From the human T2T-CHM13v2.0 reference genome, Homo sapiens: a stretch of DNA of 64,000 nucleotides. The position numbers and the translations under genes were made by a program. How positions within the stretch are numbered: the first letter of the stretch is position 1; every line of letters starts with the position of its first letter. Of this stretch, positions 19,423-37,376 are shown piece after piece. Below the pieces are notes generated by a model. The model was given only the letters and a program-made list of their open reading frames with translations. It had not been told where the DNA came from and ran no database searches. The stretch is from the NCBI RefSeq assembly GCF_009914755.1, contig NC_060930.1; one strand, given 5' to 3'.

Positions 19423-19791
19423 ATAAAATCACAGATTTGATGCTGTGCTGGTATCCACTTGCCCTTTTCTCAGCCCATTTTTGATAGGCTGTTTCTATGG
19501 ACTGCACTACCAACTGGTTTCTGGTAAGACTGCCCCATGAGAGATATTAAACACTAGATATTAGAGAATGGGAGTAAAGAGAGGTCTTTTTTTGTGCTCC
19601 TCCCTGCTTAAATCTTGCTCCATCTCCAAAACTACCACTCCAGCACCCCTCCACTCCAGTTACAGCATTTCTTCCCTGTATTCTTCCAGTCCTAGAGAAG
19701 GTAGTAGCGTTCTGCTATTGGTCTCTGGGTATCTTGCTATCTTGTATTTATTCCATTAACCACCAGCATATCTCTAAGTAGACCCTTCTTA

Positions 19792-20148
<357 letters not shown>

Positions 20149-20749
20149 TCAGGTCTTTGCTTATATAATAGGACACCCATCTCATTTTGCTTCCCAGCTT
20201 TATTTTTTATTAAAACTTTTTTTCTATATTTTTTTCAAAATTGGGTATCCCATTCCACCTACTTTATTGATAGCACTGAATCACCATATTATATGTTTAT
20301 GCGTTACATATTATGTTTACTTGTTTCCTTGTCTTCCTAACTTAGAACATAAGCTCCAAGAAGGCAGGAACTTGTTCACTGCTGTATCCTCTGTATTTAA
20401 TGCTTGACATGTGGTATGTGATCAGTAAGTATTGATTGAATGAAGAATAGTAATGTTTGCCTTTACCTCCATGAGTTAGTATAGATTCTAAAATATTCAC
20501 CAGGATAAAGACCCTTTTCTGGTCCATTTATGTACTGTTTTACAGAGATGAAGGTTGGGATAAAGAAATAAAGGATAGGAGCTGGGCCCGGTGGCTCACG
20601 CCTGTAATCCCAGCACTTCCGGAGGCCGACGCGGGCGGATTACCTGAGGTCAAGAGTTCAAGACCAGCCTGGCCAACATGGTGAAACCCTGTCTCTACAG
20701 AAATACAAAATTCAGCTGGGCATGATGGTGATGCCTGTAATCCTAGCTA

Positions 20750-20857
<108 letters not shown>

Positions 20858-20962
20858 TCACAAAAAAGAAAAGAAAAGAAAAAGAAATAAAGGATGGGGC
20901 TGGGGCCACGGTGGCTTACTCCTATAAGCCCAGCGCTTTGGGAGGCTGAAGAGGGAGAATCA

Positions 20963-21324
<362 letters not shown>

Positions 21325-21444
21325 TTAAAATAGCTTTAAATCTCACAAAATTCCCTTTAAATTGTGTGCATACCCATGTGTGACAATCTGTGTAATCTTT
21401 AGTTCTGTAGTTTATATATCTAGTCACTTATAAAAGGACTAAAA

Positions 21445-21575
21445 CAGTGGTTCTCAAAGTGTAGTTCTCAGATCAGCAGCATTGGTGTAGCCTATGAGCT
21501 CATTAGAAAGGCAAATTTATTTTAATAAGCTCTTGAATTTGATTCTTCTGCAAATTAATGTTTGAGAACCACTAT
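21445..21575. mobile_element. MER5A-type hAT element (others at ~18890-19030, ~39020-39175, ~49350-49470)
   Basis: CAGTGGTTCTCAAAGTGT…TTTGAGAACCACT terminal inverted repeats. Confidence 0.8.
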
Positions 21576-22049
21576 ACTGAAACCATCAAAAACTCAGTGA
21601 CCTGTTATTCTAATTAAGGCCTTGGTATACATAACCATGATTATAAGCTTAACTACAATAGAATTTTACCTAAAAGACCACCATTTTAATTAGTATCTTA
21701 TTGTCTACCAAACACATATTTATAAACATATTTTTAATATCAACTCTGAAAAATCAATGAGAAGTTAACATAAAAGCCGACCTTCGAGTTGATTTCCACC
21801 GTTAAAGACTTACACAGAATATGTGTTTATGATGCACAGCCAACTATAAGACATTAGAAATTTTTAAAAAACTACTACGGAAAAGAAATATGCACAGTAT
21901 TGGAAAGGAGACTATCAAGAGTTAACAGGGGGCTGGGCACGGTGGCTCACGCCTGTAATCCCAACACTTTAGGAGGCCAAGGTGGGCGGATCATGAGGTC
22001 AGGAGATCGAGACCATCCTGGCTAACACGGTGAAACTCTGTCTCTACTA

Positions 22050-22418
<369 letters not shown>

Positions 22419-22770
22419 TTAAAAGAGTTTTGAAGTACTAAAGACTTCAGCCACTAACAAATAAGAGTAAAAAGAGTCTGACAAGAGGAAAAACGGTTTT
22501 CTTATGGAAGAAAAGGTTCCTTTGACCTTACTACCAAGGAAGGCCCAATGTAACCCACCTATGTTTTGAGGAGTTCTTGAGAGAAGAGTTCTTCAGGTCT
22601 TTACAGGAAATAAGCAGGCATGAGGGAAATAAGCTTTCTGTATGGACCTGAAAAGTGCTTTAAGATTTAAAAACAAGGCCAGGCACGGTGGCTCACGCCT
22701 GTAATCCCAGTACTTTGAGAGGCCGAGGCGGGTGGATCACAAGGTCAGGAGATCGAGACCATCCTGGCTA

Positions 22771-23251
<481 letters not shown>

Positions 23252-23725
23252 CTACAGAGCAAGACTCCGTCTCAAAAAAAAAAATTAATCTTAAAAAATA
23301 CTCTGTGGCCCTAAAGCAAAGTCCACACTTCATAATCATAAATAATAAATTTAAGTTCAAGGATTAAAGGAGTGAATTTTAGAATGTGAACTGGCTAAAT
23401 CCACTGGGTATTCTCTCTCCAAGAAAGAAGGGTTCTTCATTTGGCAAAACATGTCAAAAATGCCACTGAGATTTAGACTAATTAAAAATTCAATCTGGGG
23501 ATTAGAATTCAATACTACATACATATCAGGAACATTCAACGTATAAGGTATTGTGAATACATTAGCTTTTCAAATTATATTTAACCTGAGTTGAAGGATT
23601 AATGAGCTGGGCGCAGTGGCTCATGCCTGTAATCCCAGCACTTTGGGAGGCTGAGGCAGACAGGTCACCTGAGGTCAGGAGTTCAAGACAAGCCTGGCCA
23701 ACATGGCGAAACCCTGTCTCCATTA

Positions 23726-23899
<174 letters not shown>

Positions 23900-23910
23900 T
23901 TAATGAAAGG

Positions 23911-24041
23911 CAGCTGGGGTGGGGGCAGGCTACTCTATAACACTAACTCAGAAACAGCTGGGGTGGGGGAAGGCTATTCTATAACACTAACTCAGAAACA
24001 GCTGGGGTGGGGGAAGGCTATTCTATAACACTAACTCAGAA
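23911..24041 (+). repeat. 44-bp minisatellite, 3 copies
   Basis: CAGCTGGGGTGGGGGAAGGCTATTCTATAACACTAACTCAGAAA starting at 23911, 23955, 23999. Confidence 0.95.
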
Positions 24042-24539
24042 CTCACTTGTAATTAACGACATTCTTTTCTAATAAACCTTTTCACAGGAATAACCAGAGG
24101 CATCTTTTCAGTATGGCCAACTCCTTGTCATTCCTATATATCCTTCCTTCCTTCTATACAAAGCTCTTTTCTTCCTACTAGTTTTCTTGACTTCAGTTCT
24201 GTTCAACTCCCTTTTCTTCACATTATCCTTAGCAGTGTTCAGATTATAAAATCTCCTTTCTCAAATAGTTTCACTGGATCTTTAACTATAAATATCAAAT
24301 GCAGTCCATCATCAGTTTTAAGGTTCTGGAATCTTATTCTCCCAGGGAGCAGGTTTTTAATTCTTCAGCTAGAAAAGTACTTTAAATGGCTAGAGGACTT
24401 GGACTGATTGGATAGGGTAAACTTCACTGCTGAATGGCATAGGCTTATAAAATACAACCAATAATGTCTTAGATTTGGATGTTAAATTCAGATTATTGAA
24501 ACTAGATTCAGGTCCAAGCACCGTGGCTCACGCCTGTAA

Positions 24540-24734
<195 letters not shown>

Positions 24735-24751
24735 TGAGACCATCCCGGCTA

Positions 24752-25129
<378 letters not shown>

Positions 25130-25549
25130 CTACAAGATACTATCACACTTTTTCTCAGGTAACATGTTTGAAAATTGGGAGTAAGAGTTTGTTTCTTAAA
25201 TCACACTAAGAAAAAGATATGCAAAATCAAGCAAACTGAAATATCTATAGATAGAAAAGGCATCCTATCATCCTGTTTCTGACAGTAAATGGTATGTGTC
25301 AGCAAGACTTGAAACCAAACTTCCCAACACAGAAGAATCTTTTAAAAATATATTACAACCATGAAGATAAGCTAAATAGCTACAAATAATTTTTTTTTTT
25401 TTTAAATACAAGCTAGCTGGGCGTGGTGGCTCAAGCCTGTAATCCCAACACTTTGGGAATCTGAGGCAGGCAGATCACAAGGTCAGGACTTCAAGACCAG
25501 CCTGGCCAACATGGTGAAACCCCGTCCCTACTAAAGATATAAAAACTTA

Positions 25550-25738
<189 letters not shown>

Positions 25739-25929
25739 CTAATGAAAATGGTTTTGGCTGGGCAAGGTGGCTCACGCCTGTAATCCCAGCACTTTGGGAA
25801 GCCGAGGAGGGCAGATCACTTGAGGTCAGAAGTTTGAGACCACCACACCAACATGGTGAAACCCCGTGTCTACTAAAAATACAAAAATAGCCAGGCGTGG
25901 TGGCACACACCTGTAACCCCAGTTACTCA

Positions 25930-26091
<162 letters not shown>

Positions 26092-26914
26092 TTACTTCAA
26101 ACTAAGATATCTGCCTTGTCAGGGACTTCCCAGAAAATGGATACAGCAAGTGGACTTTTTTGTCACTTATTAGAAAAATTAAGTAAATTAATATAATACC
26201 ACACAAAACCTCTCATCACAAACAAAAGACCTACTTTGCATTAAACAATTTAATACATGCAAGTATTGAATTTAGTCACCTAAAGGAAACAAAACTTCTG
26301 ATAAGAAGCAGGAAAATTCAGAGACAATATGAAGACCCTAAATCAGGAGACTAATTTGAGTAATAATAAAACTGTGGTCTCCCACAAAAAAAAAGATCCT
26401 AAATCAAACAGTTCTATTTAATTTCAAATTTCAATTGCATATATATAATAAGGACTCAATTTTTAATAACTCCTTACCTATATACATATGCCAGGTCCTG
26501 TTCTAAAATCTTCACTTGTCTCATTTAACCTCCACAACAATTTTCACTTTACAGATGAGTAAATTAACTTGTCCAAGTCCAGGCAGAACAGGGATCCAAA
26601 CTCAGGCTGACTCCATTACACTACAATGTTTTCCTAACAACTATCCTATCAACTATCCAATCCTATCAATGTTTCCATTTCTATTCCCACTGATTATATT
26701 AAGCATCTAGGATAAAGCAAATAAGGATAAAATAAAAGTTAAAAACTTGGTGACTTCTGGAATGATTTAAATATTCGACCTCTAAATATCCCTCCTTTTC
26801 AAATCTGAGAACACTCCAGCTATCAGATACCAGGCAGGACATACTTATTTGGGACAGAGTATCACAAAGAAGCTACCAAAACAAATAAAAACAATACTAT
26901 CATATAAACCATGG

Positions 26915-27101
26915 TATAGCAAACAATGACCTGTGGGCTGGGCCAAATTCAGACCTTGGTCTTTTTTCATACAAGCTAAGAATGGTTTTTACATTTGCTA
27001 AAGGACTGTTAAAAACAAAACAAAGGACAATTTACCACAGCAAAGCCTAAAAATTCACTATCTGTGTCCCTTTCAGAAAAAGTTTACTGACCCCTGATCT
27101 A
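26915..27101. mobile_element. MER58-type hAT element
   Basis: GCAAAC…GGGCCAAATTC…GCAAAGCCTAAAAAT…AAAAAGTTTACTGACCCCTG. Confidence 0.7.
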
Positions 27102-27265
27102 AGCTACTGATAAAGAGGTTTCCTTCCCCTTTTTAAAAATAGCTAAGCAGTGGCTCATGCCTGTAATCCCAGCACTTCGCGGGAGGCCAAGGCAGGTGGA
27201 TGGATCACTTGAGGTCGGGAGTTCGAGACCAGCCTGATCAACATGGAGAAACCCCATCTCTACTA

Positions 27266-27598
<333 letters not shown>

Positions 27599-28549
27599 TC
27601 ACACCCATAATCCCAGCACTTTGGGAGGTCAAGGCAGGTGGATCAGGAAGTCAGGAGTTCAAGAACAGCTTGGCCAAGATGGTGAAACCCTGTCTCTACT
27701 AAAAATACAAAAATTAGCTGGGCGTGGTGGCACGTGCCTGTAGTCCCAGCTACTCGGGAGGCTGAGGCAGAGAACTGCTTGAACCCAGGAGGCGGAGGTT
27801 GCAGTGAGCCGAGGTCGCACCATTGCACTCCAGCCTGGGTGACAGAACAAGACTCCATCTCAAAAAAAAAAAAAAAATACAAAAATTAGCTAAGCGTGGT
27901 GGCCTGCGCCTGTAATCCCAGCTACTCAAGAGCTGAGGCAGGAGAGCTGCTTGAACTCGGGAGGCAGAAGTTGCAGTGAGCCAAGATTGTGCCACTGCAC
28001 TCCAGCCTGGGCAACAGAGCAAGACTCTGTCTCGGGGGGGGGGGGGGGAAAAAAAGCTAAATGCAGGAACTGACTTGTAAGACAAACTATATCTAGGAGG
28101 ATTAAAGGCGGAGTCCCTTAGCTCTAAACCAGAAGATAAATGTCTGAAGCATACTACCCACACCACCCCACCCCACCCCCATCCCGGGACAAAAAGGGCA
28201 AAAATAAGTGGTTTCCTCTCACCAGGAGGTGGCAGTAGGTTCTGGTTTGCCCATGGACTCAAGTTTTTTGTAGTGGTTACTAAGAAAAGCAAGCAGCCTG
28301 ACCTCTCCAAAGAGCTGACTTTCTGTGCCTGACAATCTGAACAAAAAGGAAATGGAAAAGGAAGACAGGAACTAACCACATTCTCTTCAGTTACCTATTC
28401 ACTCTCAACTAGAAAAATGACACCATTTCTGGCCGGGCGAGGTAGCTCATGCCTGTAATACCAGCACTTTGGGAGGCCGAGGCGGGTGGATCACAAGGTC
28501 AGGAGATCGAGAACATCCTGGCTAACACGGTGAAACCCCGTCTCTGCTA

Positions 28550-28928
<379 letters not shown>

Positions 28929-29231
28929 CTAGGCAAAAAGGTAAAGGGGTAGGGGAGAAGGCAAGTAAGAATGATCAGCTTGCATTATTCAGGGCTGTTC
29001 TTCATATTTGCTTCTACAATTCTTAAGAGTTATTACCCTTATAACCCTTCAGTTATTTGAGCAAGACAATGAATTTGTCTGCACAACTTCATGCAAGATG
29101 ACATTTTAAAGATCAGAATTTGGGCCGGGCGCGGTGGCTCACGCCTGTAATACCAGCACTTTTGGGAGGCTGTGGCGGGTGGATCACGCCTGTAATACCA
29201 GCACTTTTGGGAGGCTGTGGCGGGTGGATCA

Positions 29232-29480
<249 letters not shown>

Positions 29481-29783
29481 TTAAAGAAGGAAAGTAGTAA
29501 ACTTACAGCATTTCCCAGGAGAGCTAAACCCAGAAGTCAAAACAGGAAATTACAAGTCAAATGAACACATGCAGAAGTCATAGGTACTGGGTGACTGTAC
29601 TAGCCAAGTTGCCCTGACAGGCACTGGCAAACATCCATTAACTAACAGCGCCAGACCTCTCACTGTTTCTTACTCCAACTTTCTGCTATACTACCAAAAG
29701 CTTAATTTTTGCCCAGAAACCCTTGGACACTTAATCAAATAACATTAGTATAAAACATGCCATGTCATGAAGCTTGCTTCATG

Positions 29784-29794
29784 ATGACTCAGCA
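29784..29794 (+). promoter_or_regulatory. Consensus ARE/MARE (NRF2/BACH1-sMAF) site in NUP153 intron 1
   Basis: Exact ATGACTCAGCA in unique sequence. Confidence 0.5.
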
Positions 29795-30379
29795 GCTTCT
29801 GCAAAACATCCAGTTGACAGCCTAGGATAATAAACAGCAAGTGGGTAGACCCTATGTCCACCAAAGCCTCAATAAGGACTAAAGAAAGTCCTTATTTTTA
29901 AGATTAAAAAAAAAAAAAAGGAGAGTATTCTTTTGAATATACCTGAATACTTTCCTTGGGTAGTGGTAGTTTCTGCCAATATTAAATAGCACCTACAGTG
30001 TTGATCAAGAAACCCCTAAATACCTTTACTTCCCAATTCAAAAGCTAAAATATGTTTTCTTTTTTAATTAAATAGGACAAGAAGCAAAAGTATTTTAGAT
30101 AAGGGGCAATGATAAATTATCAAGATTTAAAACAAAACTACACAGCCTGAAGTCGTATCAACTCTAAGACACCTTGGATCATAGGTGTTATGCTGTTAAG
30201 ACATCATCTCCCCAAAATTAGATTTTTATTTTATCTAAGTACATTTAAGCTGTGATCAGGGGCCGGGCGCGGTGGCTCACGCCTGTAATCCCAGCACTTC
30301 GGGAGGCCGAAGCGGGGAGATCACGAGGTCAGGAGATCGAGATCGTCCTGGCTAACATGGTGAAACCCCGTCTCTACTA

Positions 30380-30610
<231 letters not shown>

Positions 30611-30783
30611 TCAGACCATCCAATGACCTATATTTAAAACAAGTCATTTTTCTACATGTCATACAAGAAAATCTAAGCACTCAAAGGCATTCATAGGAGA
30701 AAAGAAAGCATGCATGTGTAACTTCCATTCTACAGACGGATTAGGTTAAATGGCCAGGCTTGTGACCTGAATTCTAATCTTAA

Positions 30784-31235
<452 letters not shown>

Positions 31236-32199
31236 TGACCTCGGTGATCCACCCGCCTCGGCCTCCCAAAGTGCTGGGATTACAGGCGTGAGCCAACGCG
31301 CCCGACCCAAATCTTTACTTTTAAAAATCTGTTGATAATGACACAATTTAACAACATCAACCATGTGAAAGTGTGTAATCTTTATTAGCATCCAGAATAA
31401 AGTAATCTAGGAAGTCTACCTTTAACAGTAGGCAACAAGTTATCAGATCCTTTTGCTACACTTTTGTTTTTCAACAAATTTAAGACACACACTTCCCACC
31501 TCAGTATCACTGATAAGTGGCTTTATTAAAATAAGTTAACATTTTCCTATTCAATACTTCTAACAATCAATATTTTAAAAATGGAATTTTCTCAGAATCA
31601 ACTATCTCATTTACAATTAGGATAATCCTTTTTTATAATTTTAAACATCCAGGAGTTCATACAGTGGCTAAACTATAAGACCACCAACATTCCTGGAGTG
31701 TCAAAAGTAACTATACTTCTAGAATACGCCTCATAATATTAAAATATTTTGTGTATGAGATCAGAGCTGGAGTCCCGGTCAACTGTGGAGAATGGCCAAT
31801 TCCAGCCTCCAAAATAAAGGCGGGGGTGGCGGTGTTGGGGGGGGGGAGGGGAGTCGCGCAGCAGAGAAAAGACGTAAGGGTGGAGAGGGACTTTCAAAAT
31901 GCCCCAGTGCCACGGTTAACTATAACCTGGTTAATAAAATCTAAGCCAATGCTCTCAAGACGAGGAGGGCCACAGGCAGGGGAAACCGAGAATTAACTCA
32001 TAGGCTGAGACTAAGTTATTCCACTTTCCATGTAACAGCGCCCCCCACAACTCCCCGTCTGCCCCAGAGTTAAGATTCCAAGGGGCAGCCCCCCCTCCTC
32101 AAACACACTAAAGAAGGGACACCAGAAAACAGCAAGTATAAGGGCCATCAACCACATCTTTTCCTTTCTCCCTCGAGAGAACATGAGTAATACCCTCAA

Positions 32200-33370
32200 A
32201 TTCCAAATCCCCGCCAAAAAATAAAGAAACGCGCGCATCATGGGCCTACAATTTCTTTTCCCGCCCAGAGCCTGCCTGGGAAAGCCCCTGACCCAGAGAG
32301 TTGGGGGAAAGGCGGCCCAAACCACACGTGTGCGCCGCAAGGCTGGGCCTGTCTCAGCCCACTTCCCGTCGCCACCCCCAACGGCCTGAGCTCCCCCGGA
32401 GCCTCACTCGGGCCTTTCCTCAGACCCTCCTGTCTGCTCCACGTGGGGCGCCGGGGCCTCGAACCGCCCGTCCCCTCCAGCCGAGTTTCCCCACCCGCCA
32501 GGCCACCGCGGCATCGGGGTCCCATACCTGATGCTGTTGTCGCCCCTGCTGGTAAGGCTTAATTGGCCCCTGGTGGCAACGCCGCGTCCGGATCTTGCCG
32601 CCACCGCCCCCTCCGACTCCTCCGGCTCCCGAGGCCATGGCGGAGCCTCCGCCGCTTCCCGCTCCGGGGCGGGTAAGGGGGCGGGAGAGGCAGAGGCGGA
32701 GGCCTTAGAGAGCCTCCCCCGCCGCCCGGCCCCGGCCCAAAAGTCCGCCCGCGCTGTCCACACAGTGGGCACAAGCACCCCAGGAACCGCGAGGTTGCGA
32801 GCAGGAGCGGAGAGAGGGTGAGTGCTGGCAGCGGGGAAGGGGGTGGCGGCCGCAGAGGCCGAGGAGGCTCCGGTCCGGCCGCCTCTGCGGACCCCCGCCT
32901 CTGTGTGTGTCACGGTCTCTATGGAGATCTCCCGCAGAGGACAGCACGAACAGTTCCCCGCGGTGCTGAGGCCTAACTCGACCGCCGACTGGTGGGAGTT
33001 CTTCCGTCGCCCTAGCCGTAGCTGCCGCAGTTGAAGCCGCTGGCGACGCCCGCCTACCCCTCCCCTGTGCGCACAGCGCCCGCCCCGCCGCCGTCGTCGT
33101 CGTCGTCCCTGCAGCCTCCGCCGCCGTTGCGCCTATTACCCCTGCTAAGGCGGCTGCCGCGGTCGCGAGCCAGAATGTCGTCACTCATCGGCGCCCGACG
33201 CATTTGCATCATCATGCTGCGACGAGCTGATAGGCAAAGAGGAAGGGCTGGTCGAGTCCACGCTCTCGGCCGCGCGGCACGCTGGGAAACGTAGTTCAAC
33301 AACGGAACGCGGCTTCTCGGAAAGGAAGAGGGACGGGGAAGGAGATCTCCGGGGCGCCGCAGAGGCACAA
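32200..33370. promoter_or_regulatory. CpG island promoter of NUP153 (likely bidirectional)
   Basis: ~1.2 kb very GC- and CpG-rich stretch spanning exon 1; GC boxes, E-boxes CACGTG at 32325 and 32440, E2F-type TTTTCCCGCC at 32256 and TTTTGGCGGG (minus) near 32210, octamer ATTTGCAT at 33202. Confidence 0.93.
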
Positions 33371-33400
33371 AGCCAAGGGGTACTTTTGCTGTTCTTGGCT
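32500..33400 (+). ncRNA. Probable divergent/antisense lncRNA first exon (NUP153-AS1-like); boundaries not determinable
   Basis: Consensus plus-strand donor GG|GTGAGT at 32818-32823 within the island; I recall an antisense transcript annotated at this promoter, but cannot verify its structure from sequence. Confidence 0.4.
32528..32638 (-). CDS. NUP153: NUP153 coding exon 1 (aa 1-37, MASGAGGVGGGGGGKIRTRRCHQGPIKPYQQGRQQHQ)
   Basis: Recognised N-terminus of nucleoporin Nup153; strong Kozak gccATGG at 32638; donor CAG|GTATGG after 32528; 111 nt, phase 0; inside CpG island. Confidence 0.98.
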
Positions 33401-33649
33401 GTAAATTAGACTTTGAAAAGACACTTAACATAAAAACAGTAACCTCTTCCCATTCTCCTTCTCCCTGTCGGTTGGTTAAGTAGGCAGGAAGTAAGCAGAC
33501 AGTAAAATCAAAGACAAGAGCTAATGATTTAAGAAGGAGGAAAAAAAAATCTGTGGTTGAAAAATAAAGTCCATGATCCTTAGAATTAGAAAATATATAC
33601 GGCTTCATTAATGTTTCTTTAAACATATAAAGGTTTTGTTGCAGACACA

Positions 33650-33800
33650 CGGGGCTGGAATTCTGGTTCTGCCACCCAACCTATTTGACCTTGGATGAAT
33701 CAAAACCGTCTGAGCCTTAGCTTCCTCCTCCATAAAATGGGAGCTTTAAAATCCACCTTATAAAGCTGTTGTGAGGAGCAGACGTGATCATCTATGGAGA
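33650..33800 (+). mobile_element. MIR SINE (further MIR pieces at ~16100, ~26500, ~34540, ~45800, ~52500, ~53080)
   Basis: TGACCTTGGA…TCTGAGCCTTAGCTTCCTCCTCCATAAAATGGG…GTTGTGAGGA core. Confidence 0.75.
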
Positions 33801-36047
33801 GCATGTATATTTGCTAATAGACGAAAAATGCGATGAATGATTACAATTATAACCCATGCAGTCAGCTAACATTAGGGGTAAGTGATATATCCTTAACAAT
33901 AAAAGTATACTATATTTGCTCCAAATATTTAGGAAACTGAGTAAGTGAGCTAGACTCAAAGACTGAATCCACAAAATGTATATTCTAGGAGTTGACGATT
34001 AGAAAGGTCCTGGTGATCACATAGTCCAACCCTCTCATTCAACCAACCAGACAAGATGTCCAGAGAAATTTAGGTGGCACAATCAATGACACTGAGATGG
34101 GTAATCAAAGCCAGGACTATAACCCAACTTTTCTGTAAGAGCTAAAGACAAATAGCCAAATGATTAGGGAGGAAAAATATGTTGTGAAAAATCTTAGACT
34201 TACTATAAATCTTTTTTTTTCTTTCTTTCTTTCTTTCTTTTTTTCTGAGAGACAGAGTCTTGCCCTGTCGCCCAGGCTGGAGTGCAGTGGCGCGATCTTG
34301 GCTCACTGCACCCTTTGCCTCCCAGGTTCAAGCTATTCTCCTGCCTCGGCTTCCTAAGTAGCTGGGACTACAGGCGTGCACCACCACGCCCAGCTGATTT
34401 GTGTATTTTTAGTAGAGATGGGGTTTCGCCATGTTGGCCAGGCTGGCCTTGAACTCCTGACCTCAAGTGATCCACCCGCCTTGGCCTCCCAAAGTGCTGG
34501 GATTACCCGTGTGAGCCGCCACGCCCAGCCTATTTACTATAAATCTCCCACTTACTAGCTGTGTAGCCTTGGGGAAGTTACTGATCCTGTTTCTTTCTTT
34601 TTTTTTTTTTTTTGAGACGAAGTTTTTTCCTCTTGTTTTGCCCAGGCTGGAGTGCAATGGCGCAATCTCAGCAACCTCCACCTCCTGGGTTCAAGCGATT
34701 CTCCTGCCTCAGCCTCCCGAGTAGCTGGGATTACAGGCATGTGCCACGACGGCCGGCTAATTTTGTATTTTTACTAGAGATGGGGTTTCTCCATGTTGGT
34801 CAGGCTGGTCTCGAACTCTCAATCTCAGGTGATCTGCCCACGGCCTCCCAAAGTGCTGGGATTACAGGCGTGAGCCACCGCGCCCAGCCCACTGATCCTG
34901 TTTCTAAGCTTCGTTTTTTTCATCAGCAAATAGAGCGAATATTGACCTCACAGGGTAGTGGTCTGGTGAAAGGATTAATGTATATCTAGTTCATAGTAAC
35001 TGCTTAGATAGAAAGCATCCAATATCAACCATCAATCAGATATAAATAATTAGTTCCAAGACATTTATACTATCTCCACAATCAAACTGCACAATTCAGG
35101 TTCATTGTTTAAATCATACAAGTGAAATTGTAAAGCCAGTCTTCTAGTACCTTTGAACTTGTACCTTTCAGCGCCTAAAGAAACTATGCTATACCAAGCA
35201 TAGGTGTACACATCAATGGCTTTCAGTGGCACCTCTGACCATAACCATCAAGATCAAGACAAGTTGCCAAATATGATAAACAAAATTAATCTATTTTCCG
35301 CTGTCTCATCCTAGCTTCATGCCTCCTCCCACCACTAACTTCCCACTAAATTCTCCAGGTATGCCCCCTCTTCCTCCTGAAGCACTTCATCTTTCTTAAA
35401 GACAGTTGTTTCCCTCAGGTGCTATCTTCCTCCTATGCAGAAATCCTATTCTTCCACAAATCCATAGCTAGATATTTGACAGCCAAGTAAAGTAATTCAC
35501 GATAAGCTAACTCATAGGGAAGATCTGTACCTGAATCTTTAATTGGGTTATACGTAGAGGAGATTAAACCATAGCCACATCCCATCTGCCCTCTTCACTC
35601 TATGAGACCCAGAGTTTCCACCACAGAACAGAGGACTGACTGGAATCAAAGCTCACCCCTTTCTTGGAGGCTATTCTTTGATGTGCTGGACACCCTTCAC
35701 AGCCAACCTTTGAAAGGAAGAGAGACGCGAAAGAATTGGGCCAAATGTAGACAATGCTTCAGAAATAGAAGATTGGTAGAACTTGAGGAGATATGGGAAA
35801 ATCCACATTCCTTTTACCCATGCTCTCAACTTTTTACCCATTTCCACAATTATTTTATTTCTTGGAAGTAAAATAGTATTTGAGGGAACTATAATGCATT
35901 AATCTCACATTCATGTGATTGAGTCATTGGAAGCCGTGCCAGGCTTGAGAGCAGAGAAGGAATAAAGAGACAGGAGGAAATCTGCATTCAACCTGGACCT
36001 AGTTTTTTCAGCCAAATAAATGGCATATTGGGAGACACTGCAATTCA

Positions 36048-36491
<444 letters not shown>

Positions 36492-37241
36492 TTAGCAAAT
36501 AGGCTGCTGACCCATCTCTAATAGATAAGGAGTATCCACTAATTAAAAGTGAAATACAATTTAGTCTAAACCCAACCTAGATTGAAAAAGAGCCATCATA
36601 CATTCTTCAGAAGGTACTAATACAATTCTGGCCAAAAGAATGTTTAAAGATGACAAGTACAAGAAGTTACGAAATTTTATGTAGTTATTCCACCTTACCA
36701 AAACAAAATGAGGTATCTGCTGTGATGTCTATTAAAACAAATTATCACACTCATGCACAGCATAACAATGTTTCAATCAACAATGGGCCCAATATACAAT
36801 GGTGGTCCCATAAAGAGCTGAAAAATTCGTATTGCCTGGTGATACTGTCTTTGTCCTAAGGTCTTATTGCAACACATTACTCACGTGTTTGTGGTGATGC
36901 TGGTATAAACAAACCTACTGTGTTGCCATTTGTGTAAAAGTGGAGTATGTACAATTATGTACAGTACAGAATACTTCATAATGATAAGTGGCTGTTTCTG
37001 GTTTATGTATTTACTATACCTTTTTTTTTTTTTTAACAGGCACTCCTTGCCATTTCCTGTTGCTACCATACTTTATTATTTTAAAGTGTATTCCTGGTCA
37101 GGCATGTGGCTCACACCCATAATCTCAGCACTTTGGGAAGCCAAGGCAGGAGGATCACTTGAGGCCAGGAGATTGAAACCAGCCTGGGCAACATAACGAG
37201 ACCCCTTCTCTACAAAGAAATGAAAAAATTAGTTGAGCTTA

Positions 37242-37376
<135 letters not shown>

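Noticed and set aside
32637-32708. Plus-strand ATG in a perfect Kozak context overlapping the NUP153 start (MAEPPPLPAPGRVRGRERQRRRP)
   Set aside because: Automatic consequence of the palindromic GCCATGGC; only 23 codons, no other support.
32705-33184. 159-codon minus ORF in the NUP153 frame as an N-terminal extension
   Set aside because: In-frame TAA at 32707-32705 lies 22 codons before the ATG and the ORF starts at a GTG.
35531-35599. Additional minus-strand exon-like unit
   Set aside because: Would need a 57-nt intron after the 35707-35657 unit and has stops in all frames; illustrates the false-positive risk.
35602-35871. 89-aa plus-strand ORF
   Set aside because: No recognisable homology, weak start context; length expected by chance.
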